From positions 97,538 to 161,537 of the forward strand of contig CAYGJY010000002.1 of the NCBI GenBank assembly GCA_964350645.1: a stretch of 64,000 nt of DNA, in the 5' to 3' direction. Position numbers and translations under genes: made by a program. The DNA comes from an uncultured Candidatus Saccharibacteria bacterium. Lineage in GTDB: Bacteria; Patescibacteriota; Minisyncoccia; Phycocordibacterales; UBA918. Below are positions 57,407 to 64,000 of the stretch, piece after piece. The notes under the pieces were generated by a model. The model worked only from the letters and a program-made list of their open reading frames with translations, had not been told where the DNA came from and made no database searches. The first letter of the stretch is position 1, and each line of letters starts with the position of its first letter.

Positions 57407-58081
57407 ATGCTGAGCTTGTTAGCGGTAGTAATCATATATACGTTTGTCTTTGGTGTTGATTATTTGCGCTACCGGTCCAACCCGCTGACCTACCAGTATG
57501 TTTCACGTAGAACATACCTACTGTTTTTAGTCGGTATTCTCCCGATCATATACCTATTTTATACTGATTTTGAATCTTTTTTTGAGCATATTTATACTGA
57601 AATAGCCTTAATATCGCTATTACTAGCAATGATGTTGTTATTTAGCTATCTACTCAGCCGTGAGAGACTGCTTGTGTGTCATACATCGTCACGTACAGAA
57701 CGATGCTTAACGGCAGGTTATGTCCTTACTAAAGGTAAAGAGATTATGTTTCAACAGTTTTGTTACGCTGGGGTAGCCTTTTCTTTGGTTACTCTACTCG
57801 GGAGTGGTTTTTGGACCTACGTAGGCTATATAGTAATACTACTTATCATGCACACTCCTGTTATTTTGAGCATGAATGTTTCGGCAGCTAGTCGCCTAAC
57901 ATTAGGGATTCTAGTAATGGCCGCCCCACTTTTCTATATATTTATAGAGGTCCAACACTTTTGGCCCTCTATGTATTTACACGCATTGCTGTACGTATTT
58001 CTGTGGTTAACCTTTGCCGACTGGGAAGGAAAAATCATTCATGTTTCACATGAAACTAATAAAGTGGATAAGTGGGGATAA
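57407..58081 (+). CDS. Polytopic membrane protein (hypothetical)
   Basis: 224 aa, about 6 TM helices; contains two parS-like sites in its coding sequence. Confidence 0.5.
   Translation: MLSLLAVVIIYTFVFGVDYLRYRSNPLTYQYVSRRTYLLFLVGILPIIYLFYTDFESFFEHIYTEIALISLLLAMMLLFSYLLSRERLLVCHTSSRTERCLTAGYVLTKGKEIMFQQFCYAGVAFSLVTLLGSGFWTYVGYIVILLIMHTPVILSMNVSAASRLTLGILVMAAPLFYIFIEVQHFWPSMYLHALLYVFLWLTFADWEGKIIHVSHETNKVDKWG
57499..57514. promoter_or_regulatory. parS-like site (14/16)
   Basis: TGTTTCACGTagAACA. Confidence 0.6.
58043..58058. promoter_or_regulatory. parS-like site (14/16)
   Basis: TGTTTCACaTGAAACt. Confidence 0.6.
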
Positions 58082-58191
58082 CTGCGGGGATAGGTGGATA
58101 AAGGACAGTACTTAACAATACGAGTATTATACAAATACGCTTTAAAATATAGGTTTTAGTTATTTAATTCAGTCTTTTTAACAAAAACATA

Positions 58192-58207
58192 CGTTTCACG
58201 TGAAACA
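58192..58207. promoter_or_regulatory. parS site (15/16), intergenic upstream of yraN
   Basis: cGTTTCACGTGAAACA. Confidence 0.7.
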
Positions 58208-58254
58208 TCTATAATCAAGCCAGAGTTGATAAAATATGGCTAATAATATAGCTT

Positions 58255-58659
58255 ATGAGTAAAAAAGAACAAAATAAACAGATTGGGGATTATGGTGAGA
58301 AAATTACCCAAAACTACCTTAAAAGGCAAGGTTTTCAGATATTAGACACAAACTATCTTAAAAAGTGGGGAGAACTCGATATTGTGGCTAAAAATAAGGG
58401 TATTATACACTTTATTGAGGTTAAAACCTTAGCATATGATACAAAACTGGCTCTTGATAGGGCAGTAGGCACTGATTCTTGGCGTCCAGAAGAACAGGTG
58501 CATCAGTTTAAACTTAAACAGATATATAAAGCATTGGAATCGTGGTTGTTGGAGCATCACTATGAAGGAGAGTGGCAGATTGATGTGGCAGCTGTACGCT
58601 TAGTGGTGAGTGAAAAGTACGCTACTGTAAAACTTATCCAAAATGTCATCGAGGGCTAG
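58255..58659 (+). CDS. yraN: YraN-family (UPF0102) endonuclease-like protein
   Basis: 134 aa; GEKITQNYLKRQGFQIL...WGELDIVAKNKGIIHFIEVKT. Confidence 0.7.
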   Translation: MSKKEQNKQIGDYGEKITQNYLKRQGFQILDTNYLKKWGELDIVAKNKGIIHFIEVKTLAYDTKLALDRAVGTDSWRPEEQVHQFKLKQIYKALESWLLEHHYEGEWQIDVAAVRLVVSEKYATVKLIQNVIEG

Positions 58660-58670
58660 AAATATAGATA

Positions 58671-58707
58671 TGTCCTTTATAAAGGACTCTGTCTTTTATA
58701 TGAGACA
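58671..58707. repeat. Copy 3 of the TGTCCTTTATAAAGGAC palindrome plus an adjacent half-copy (tgtcttttata...gagacag)
   Basis: tgtcctttataaaggact ctgtcttttatatgagacag, directly after the yraN stop. Confidence 0.5.
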
Positions 58708-58828
58708 GGGTTGAGATTAGTTTTAGTAGTTATCGGCACAGTACAGTTTATTTGTTAGTTTGCCAGGTACAGTGTGAACAAAAGATGACGCCAACCTTAG
58801 AAGGTTGGCGTCATCTTTTGTATGAATG

Positions 58829-58899
58829 TCGGGGAGCCGGGAATCGAACCCGGACCACACGGTCCCAAACCGCGTACACTACCACTATGCTACACCCCG
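58829..58899 (-). tRNA. tRNA-Pro (anticodon TGG)
   Basis: Manual fold on the minus strand: acceptor CGGGGTG/CTCCCCG (one T-T mismatch), D-arm GCAT/GTGT (two G-U), anticodon stem CGCGG/CCGTG with loop TTTGGGA, T-arm CCGGG-TTCGATT-CCCGG. Confidence 0.6.
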
Positions 58900-58928
58900 A
58901 GGCAGTGAGGGTCGTGGTGTGCTAGGCC

Positions 58929-58986
58929 AACAAAATAATGAGCAGAAAATCAAAGATTTCTTTTATTTTCTGCTCATTGTTTTGTT
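58929..58986. other. 22 bp-stem hairpin between tRNA-Pro and the GC-rich island
   Basis: aacaaaataatgagcagaaaat-caaagatttctttt-attttctgctcattgttttgtt (1 mismatch). Confidence 0.5.
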
Positions 58987-59217
58987 GGTGCAAGTGAAGC
59001 TTGCGGCAGACCGTGACCGAACAACGAGAGGGTGCAAGCTTCGCTTACAGCCGTCAACCTAACTTAATTAGGTAATTGAATGTGAATCCAATTTCGCGTG
59101 CCAAATAATACCATAGCAGTATAAAATTGCGAGTCTATCTATTGTGTTATGTAAAAGTAATGGTATTGTTCGTTCGACGCTCAGAGTGGGCGTTGAACAA
59201 CGATTAGGAGACTAACT

Positions 59218-59637
59218 ATGAATTACCGAGGTTTTAACTTCACCACCGACGGCGAGAATCCGGCGGTGGTCCCCAACAGCGAGGCGGCCGCCTCGCAGTT
59301 GGGCTACAGCGGTGTAGAGGAGGTCTGCATCGCGGGTATCACCATCACCGTCGGAGACGGTGAATCGACCTGGTTCGAGAAAGTCGGGGATGGCAAGTAT
59401 CGCTCTGCAGTCTTCGTCGAGGCAATGCTAGCCTACCGCGGACATTCGCGTGGGTTAATGTCCAAGATCGTCGTCGACGAAGTCTTCATGTTGGCCCTTC
59501 GGGGCTACATGGGCGAACGAGTCTGGGCAGAAGCCACGGACTCGAATGGCGAAAAGCACGGCTTTATCCGCGCGCTTCTGCGCGGGCAGGGTAAGGACGT
59601 CACCATCGACGTTACTTGGAAGAAACCGGCCGCGTAG
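59218..59637 (+). CDS. Hypothetical protein (139 aa) in the GC-rich (about 60%) island
   Basis: Strong RBS tAGGAGactaact-ATG. GC3-rich codon usage unlike the surrounding genes. No recognisable motif. Confidence 0.5.
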   Translation: MNYRGFNFTTDGENPAVVPNSEAAASQLGYSGVEEVCIAGITITVGDGESTWFEKVGDGKYRSAVFVEAMLAYRGHSRGLMSKIVVDEVFMLALRGYMGERVWAEATDSNGEKHGFIRALLRGQGKDVTIDVTWKKPAA

Positions 59638-59679
59638 CGGCCAGCAACCGCCCTGAATAGGGCAGAGAGGAAGGTCATC

Positions 59680-60516
59680 ATGGCCGATAAACAACGTGCG
59701 GCTCTGGAAGCCGCCATCGAAGCTGCATGGGAAGCCCGCGATACGATCACCCCCGCCACAAGGGGCGATCAGCGCGACGCCATCGAGGCAACGCTGGAGG
59801 CGCTGGACAAGGGCGCGCTGCGTGTCGCGGAACGTCAGGCGGACGGCACATGGCATGTGAACCAGTGGGCCAAGAAGGCCGTTCTGCTGGGGTTCCGGAT
59901 CAAGGACATGGAAATGCAGTCCGGCGGCCCGCAGGGCGGCGGCTGGTGGGACAAGGTCGACAGCAAGTTTGCCGGATGGGGCGATGCGCAGTGGAAATCC
60001 GCCGGGTTCCGTGCCGTTCCCAACTGCATCGTGCGCAAGTCCGCCTATATCGCCAAGGGCGTGGTTCTGATGCCGTCTTTCGTCAATCTCGGCGCCCATG
60101 TCGGCGAGGGGACGATGGTCGACACCTGGGCCACGGTCGGGTCTTGCGCGCAGATCGGCAAGAATGTGCATCTGTCCGGCGGTGTCGGCATCGGCGGGGT
60201 GCTGGAGCCGATGCAGGCCGGGCCGACGATCATCGAGGACAACTGTTTCATCGGTGCGCGGTCCGAGGTTGTCGAAGGCTGCATCGTGCGCGAGGGATCG
60301 GTGCTCGGCATGGGCGTCTATATCGGCCAGTCCACCAAGATCGTTGACCGGGAAACCGGCAAATTCACTTATGGCGAGGTGCCCGCCGGGTCTGTCGTCG
60401 TGTCCGGCTCACTGCCGTCCAAGAACGGTGTGAACCTTTATTGCGCGGTGATCGTGAAGCGGGTGGATGCGCAGACCCGGTCGAAAACTTCGATCAACGA
60501 GCTACTGCGCGACTGA
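59680..60516 (+). CDS. dapD: 2,3,4,5-tetrahydropyridine-2,6-dicarboxylate N-succinyltransferase, alphaproteobacterial type
   Basis: 278 aa; about 65% GC. N-terminus [21 protein letters not shown]...[23 protein letters not shown]... and hexapeptide-repeat left-handed beta-helix region. Strongly resembles Rhodobacterales-type DapD. Confidence 0.8.
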   Translation: MADKQRAALEAAIEAAWEARDTITPATRGDQRDAIEATLEALDKGALRVAERQADGTWHVNQWAKKAVLLGFRIKDMEMQSGGPQGGGWWDKVDSKFAGWGDAQWKSAGFRAVPNCIVRKSAYIAKGVVLMPSFVNLGAHVGEGTMVDTWATVGSCAQIGKNVHLSGGVGIGGVLEPMQAGPTIIEDNCFIGARSEVVEGCIVREGSVLGMGVYIGQSTKIVDRETGKFTYGEVPAGSVVVSGSLPSKNGVNLYCAVIVKRVDAQTRSKTSINELLRD

Positions 60517-60574
60517 GCGCAGGAGCGGTGGCCGAGCGATAGCGAGGCCACCCATGTTCTTCCGTTCTTTGGAG

Positions 60575-60612
60575 GATCCTTCCGCCCGCCCTTGCGATAG
60601 CTTGGGCGGGCG
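60575..60612 (+). terminator. GC-rich terminator at the 3' boundary of the GC-rich island
   Basis: ccgcccgccc-ttgcgatagctt-gggcgggcgg followed by cttctattttt. Confidence 0.6.
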
Positions 60613-60616
60613 GCTT

Positions 60617-61015
60617 CTATTTTTCTAAACTATCTAAAATCTCTTCAATAGAATCAACCCAGATAGCTGCTGGGTGGTAGTTGAACATAGCACAATCTTT
60701 TTGGTCGCCGAGGATAAAGATTTTCGGACTGCCGGTTTTGAGGTAGGTAGCGACTGCTGCGCCATACTCGACATACATGCCAGTACCCTCAGGGTGGGGC
60801 AGGAGGACAAAGAAATCGGCTTCAATAGCACCGTTGAAGGCACGTTCGGCGGTGTGAGCCGTCTTGGTTGGATCTGCATCGTAGGGCTTTACGTCTTCAC
60901 CATTCATCCAGTCAAAGGTCATGGTGTGACCAGCAGCTTCGAATTCAGCTTTTAAGGCTAAGGCTTTTTGGCGCAAGGGTTCGTCACTAAAACGAGTAGC
61001 CAGGTAGAATTTCAT
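60617..61015 (-). CDS. Nucleoside 2-deoxyribosyltransferase-like protein
   Basis: 132 aa; YLATRFSDE...FDW...ADFFVLLPHPEGTGMYVEYGAAVA... typical of the NDT family. Confidence 0.5.
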   Translation of the reverse strand: MKFYLATRFSDEPLRQKALALKAEFEAAGHTMTFDWMNGEDVKPYDADPTKTAHTAERAFNGAIEADFFVLLPHPEGTGMYVEYGAAVATYLKTGSPKIFILGDQKDCAMFNYHPAAIWVDSIEEILDSLEK

Positions 61016-61082
61016 AGCGTCATAATACTAAATCATAGCAACTAGTCCATATGTGTAATAAATTTGGTATGATAGCGGCATT

Positions 61083-62006
61083 ATGATTACTCATTATTTC
61101 CGGACCCTTAAAGATAGTGAGCTGAAGCAAGTCGAGGCGGTGCGTAGTGGTGTTTGGACACACGTAGTAGAACCGACTGAGGCTGAACTCGCTCAGGTGG
61201 TGAAAGACTTTGTGCTTGATGAGGCGATTGTTGAGGATATTCAAGACTTTTTTGAGGTGCCACGTATGGAACGCTCACATGGCGCCAGCTATTTCTTTAC
61301 TCGATACCCGTTTGGACAAAGTAAAGAGGATATTGAAACAGCGCCACTCTTGATTGTTATGGGGGAGTCCTTTGTACTAACAATCGCGCAGCGTGAAGTA
61401 CCTGGCTTTAAGCCGTTTATCGATGGGCGTGAAGAAATTTTTACTACGCAAAAAACCAAGTTGTTTATTACTATCATGGCGACGGTGACCAAAGCCTATG
61501 AACGACAGCTGGTTCGCACGAGGCGGGCAGTACAGAAGGATCGAACCCAGCTGCGTTCAATTGGACCAAAAGAAATCGCTCGACTTGTGCAATACGAACA
61601 TGAGCTCAATGATCTTTTGGCGGCGGTAGTGCCGACGAATGCTTGGTTGCAGCAGGTGACCAAGAGCAATAGCATGCAGCTCTTCAATGAAGATGTTGAA
61701 CTGATGGAGGACTTGATGATTGCAAATGCCCAGTTGATCGAATCATCACGCTCAGTTTTGCGGACAATCCAAAATGTACGCAGTGCAACTGAAGCGATTC
61801 TCACGAGTAACTTGAACGTCACAATTAAAACCCTTACTGTCATCACGATTTTGCTTACCATTCCAACCTTAGTGTCTTCGCTCTTTGGGATGAATGTGGT
61901 GGTACCACTTGGTGAACATATGCATGCCTTTTGGTTAATCATTACGCTAATTTTGGCTTCGGTCTCAATGTTGGTCTGGTACTTTAAAAGAATTAATTGG
62001 CTCTAG
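61083..62006 (+). CDS. corA: CorA-family Mg2+/Co2+ transporter
   Basis: 307 aa; two C-terminal TM helices with the LFGMNVV signature. Confidence 0.75.
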   Translation: MITHYFRTLKDSELKQVEAVRSGVWTHVVEPTEAELAQVVKDFVLDEAIVEDIQDFFEVPRMERSHGASYFFTRYPFGQSKEDIETAPLLIVMGESFVLTIAQREVPGFKPFIDGREEIFTTQKTKLFITIMATVTKAYERQLVRTRRAVQKDRTQLRSIGPKEIARLVQYEHELNDLLAAVVPTNAWLQQVTKSNSMQLFNEDVELMEDLMIANAQLIESSRSVLRTIQNVRSATEAILTSNLNVTIKTLTVITILLTIPTLVSSLFGMNVVVPLGEHMHAFWLIITLILASVSMLVWYFKRINWL

Positions 62007-62016
62007 GCACACAGGT

Positions 62017-62961
62017 ATGTATACTCCAAAACCATTTCATGAAGGTTATTTACCAGAACAAGACGGTCATAAAGTGTATTTTGCGCAGTATGGTAACCCT
62101 GATGGGGAGGTGATTGTGAGTTTGCATGGTGGGCCAGGATCTGCGAGTAAATCATCGCACCCAACTCGGTTTGACTTAGAGACATACCAAGTAGTAGTGT
62201 TTGACCAGCGGGGCGCTGGCAAAAGTGAACCGACTGGCTTACTCGAGCACAATACAACTGACGCGTTGATTACAGACATTGAACGACTTCGTGAACAACT
62301 GGGGATAGAAAGCTGGTTTGTGTCGGGTACCAGCTGGGGTTCAACATTGTCGTTATTATATGCTGAAGCCTATCCTGAGCGGGTGAAAGGATTATTGCTT
62401 TCAGCGATCTTTTTGGCTGATACTGCATCATGGGAATGGATGTCGACGACGCCTGATGGCGCAGGGCAGCTGTATACTGATCTCTGGGCAGAGCGTATGC
62501 GGGTGTTTGAAAAGTATGGTGCAACCGCAGAAAATGCCGCCCAGATTTTCTATGACAAACTACTCGGTGCTACACCAGAGGAAGCGCAGGAGATCACCGC
62601 TGACTACCTCAATTGGGAGAAGAATTTACTGGTGGCAGACAATCTCTCTTTGATGAATCCGTCAGAGGTGAGCGATAACCACATCACGTACGTCAAGATA
62701 TTTTTACACTACGAAGTTAATAATTGTTTTATTGAAGATAATCAGATACTCAAGAATGTTTCTAAGATAACAGATATTCCAGTGGTTTTGATACATGGAC
62801 GACACGATGTGGTTTGTCCATTTGACGGTGCGTGGCGGTTGCACCGGGCTTTGCCACAATCAAAACTTGTAGCTTTGCCGCAGAGTAACCATGCGTTCAC
62901 TCCAGATGGAGAAATGGCGCGGTATTGGGCCTATAAAGCGTTTTTGGCTGGATTGCAGTAG
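62017..62961 (+). CDS. pip: Proline iminopeptidase (alpha/beta hydrolase, S33)
   Basis: 314 aa; HGGPG, nucleophile elbow GTSWGS, catalytic-triad spacing. Confidence 0.8.
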   Translation: MYTPKPFHEGYLPEQDGHKVYFAQYGNPDGEVIVSLHGGPGSASKSSHPTRFDLETYQVVVFDQRGAGKSEPTGLLEHNTTDALITDIERLREQLGIESWFVSGTSWGSTLSLLYAEAYPERVKGLLLSAIFLADTASWEWMSTTPDGAGQLYTDLWAERMRVFEKYGATAENAAQIFYDKLLGATPEEAQEITADYLNWEKNLLVADNLSLMNPSEVSDNHITYVKIFLHYEVNNCFIEDNQILKNVSKITDIPVVLIHGRHDVVCPFDGAWRLHRALPQSKLVALPQSNHAFTPDGEMARYWAYKAFLAGLQ

Positions 62962-63054
62962 GGGAGTGAGATGGGGCGCAAAAGGGTCGGAAAAGCTTCG
63001 CTTTTCCGACCCTTTTGCCAATTTCAGTATTATATTGCCAAATCCTAACTAGCT

Positions 63055-63696
63055 GTGAAAGAAAAGGCTAATTCGCCCGTCTTCACGTATAATGGTTCTT
63101 GCATGGCAGGTCCGAAACAGACAGGCAATATACGCGAGAGCCACGAACAGCGTTTCCTAGCAGCGTTTGAAGAGTACGGTGATGCTCTTTTTCGCCACGC
63201 GACGTTACGTGTAAGTGATCGAGAACGAGCCATTGATATCGTGCACGACACGTATGCCAAAGTATGGACATACGTGCGTAACGGTCACGAAATCGAGCAG
63301 TTTCGCCCTTTTTTATACAAGGTACTCAATAATTTGATTATTGATGAATACCGGAAGCATAAAGAAACGTCGCTCGATGCGCTCTTTGAAAAAGACGGCG
63401 TGGATGATGGCTCATTTGATGAGTTGTCAGAAAACACCGTTGATTCCCTCGCTGCGACTATCGACGGTCGCAAGGCCTTCGCAGTGGTCGACAAGCTTCC
63501 CGATGTCTATCGAGAAGTTATTATCCTCCGCTTTATCGATGAGCTTGGACCAAAGGAGATTAGTGAGCTGATTGAAGAGTCAGAAAACGTCGTTTCGGTT
63601 CGCTTGCATCGTGGTCTTAAATTACTTCGCGATACCATGGCGGCCGAAGAAAAAGCCCTTACTGCTCAAAAAACAACCACCAAAAACACCACATAA
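63055..63696 (+). CDS. ECF-type RNA polymerase sigma-70 factor
   Basis: Region 2 (FLAAFEEYGDALFRHATLRVSDRERAIDIVHDTYAKVW) and region 4 HTH (PKEISELIEESENVVSVRLHRGLKLLRD). True start may be MAGPKQ at 63103. Confidence 0.75.
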   Translation: MKEKANSPVFTYNGSCMAGPKQTGNIRESHEQRFLAAFEEYGDALFRHATLRVSDRERAIDIVHDTYAKVWTYVRNGHEIEQFRPFLYKVLNNLIIDEYRKHKETSLDALFEKDGVDDGSFDELSENTVDSLAATIDGRKAFAVVDKLPDVYREVIILRFIDELGPKEISELIEESENVVSVRLHRGLKLLRDTMAAEEKALTAQKTTTKNTT

Positions 63697-63701
63697 ACCA
63701 C

Positions 63702-64000
63702 ATGAAACGCTTTGCCGAACAACTAAAGAAACAATCAGCCACCGTACGATTACGGGCGGCTGAAAAACGTGAACTCAAAGAGCGTCTTGTAGCGTATATG
63801 GAGTATCATCCGTTGCCGCAAACTATGGCTGTGCCACCTGCAACCGAACGTCTTCAGTCTGAACCATTCTCACTGTTGAATTTAAATACGTTTGAGATTC
63901 GTTCGCTCTTGGGTACCTTTGCAGTATTGTTACTCATCTTTGTGCCTGTGGTAGCAGAACGTTCAGTGCCGGGTGATGTGCTCTATCCAGTGAAGGTTAA
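63702..64000 (+). CDS. Putative anti-sigma factor / single-TM protein, partial (runs off the window end)
   Basis: ATG 6 bp after the sigma gene stop. MKRFAEQLKKQSATVRLRAAEKRELKERLVAYMEYHP... then TM LLGTFAVLLLIFVPVVA. Not in the ORF track because no stop codon lies within the window. Confidence 0.45.
   Translation, partial: MKRFAEQLKKQSATVRLRAAEKRELKERLVAYMEYHPLPQTMAVPPATERLQSEPFSLLNLNTFEIRSLLGTFAVLLLIFVPVVAERSVPGDVLYPVKV

Noticed and set aside
56780-58207. Initially looked like a novel repeated palindrome GTTTCACGTGAAAC scattered through def and neighbouring genes
   Set aside because: It is the canonical ParB/Spo0J parS consensus (TGTTTCACGTGAAACA). It is reported as a parS cluster rather than a new motif.
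59455-60347. Long ORFs on the minus strand (238 aa) and in an alternate plus frame (206 aa, Arg-rich) across dapD
   Set aside because: High-GC DNA generates long spurious ORFs. The dapD frame has clear homology; the others are Arg/Pro/Gly-rich alternate-frame artefacts.
1-64000. CRISPR arrays, rRNA genes, transposases/IS elements, restriction-modification or other defence-system genes
   Set aside because: No array of short spaced direct repeats, no rRNA-like conserved stretches, and no DDE, serine-recombinase or methyltransferase motifs were seen. The only recombinase is a housekeeping-type Xer.

Overview
This 64 kb window looks like chromosomal DNA from a small-genome, monoderm-type bacterium (inferred from compact genes, a short YidC, and a gene set resembling Patescibacteria/Saccharibacteria).

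The region is origin-proximal and contains:
- the dnaA-dnaN core flanked by AT-rich regions with DnaA-box-like sites
- rpmH-rnpA-yidC
- a dense cluster of six parS-consensus sites around def/yraN

Housekeeping genes present are ruvB, yebC, ruvC, tyrS, a class A PBP, rsmA, pcrA/uvrD, comM, pnp, rpsO, xerC/D-like, carAB, xth, cca, def, corA, pip and an ECF sigma factor. Three tRNAs (Arg-TCG, Gly-GCC, Pro-TGG) are also present.

Notable accessory content:
- A roughly 12 kb minus-strand cluster of secreted and membrane proteins built around a VirB4-family ATPase split into two overlapping ORFs, a VirB3-like protein, a VirB6-like protein and a cysteine-rich pilin-like protein. No relaxase or coupling protein is present.
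- A two-subunit ATP-citrate lyase (aclBA).
- Two anomalously GC-rich patches. One (about 3.56-3.89 kb) carries a second, synonymously diverged copy of the ruvB 3' end plus a small ORF. The other (about 59.2-60.6 kb) carries an alphaproteobacterial-type dapD and an unknown gene.
- An approximately 850 bp gene-free region with a promoter-to-terminator unit (candidate structured ncRNA) overlapped by a recurring 18 bp palindrome.
- A candidate 6S-like RNA near the 5' end.

No CRISPR arrays, rRNA genes or transposases were seen. All functional calls are from reading the translations and sequence by eye; no searches were run.
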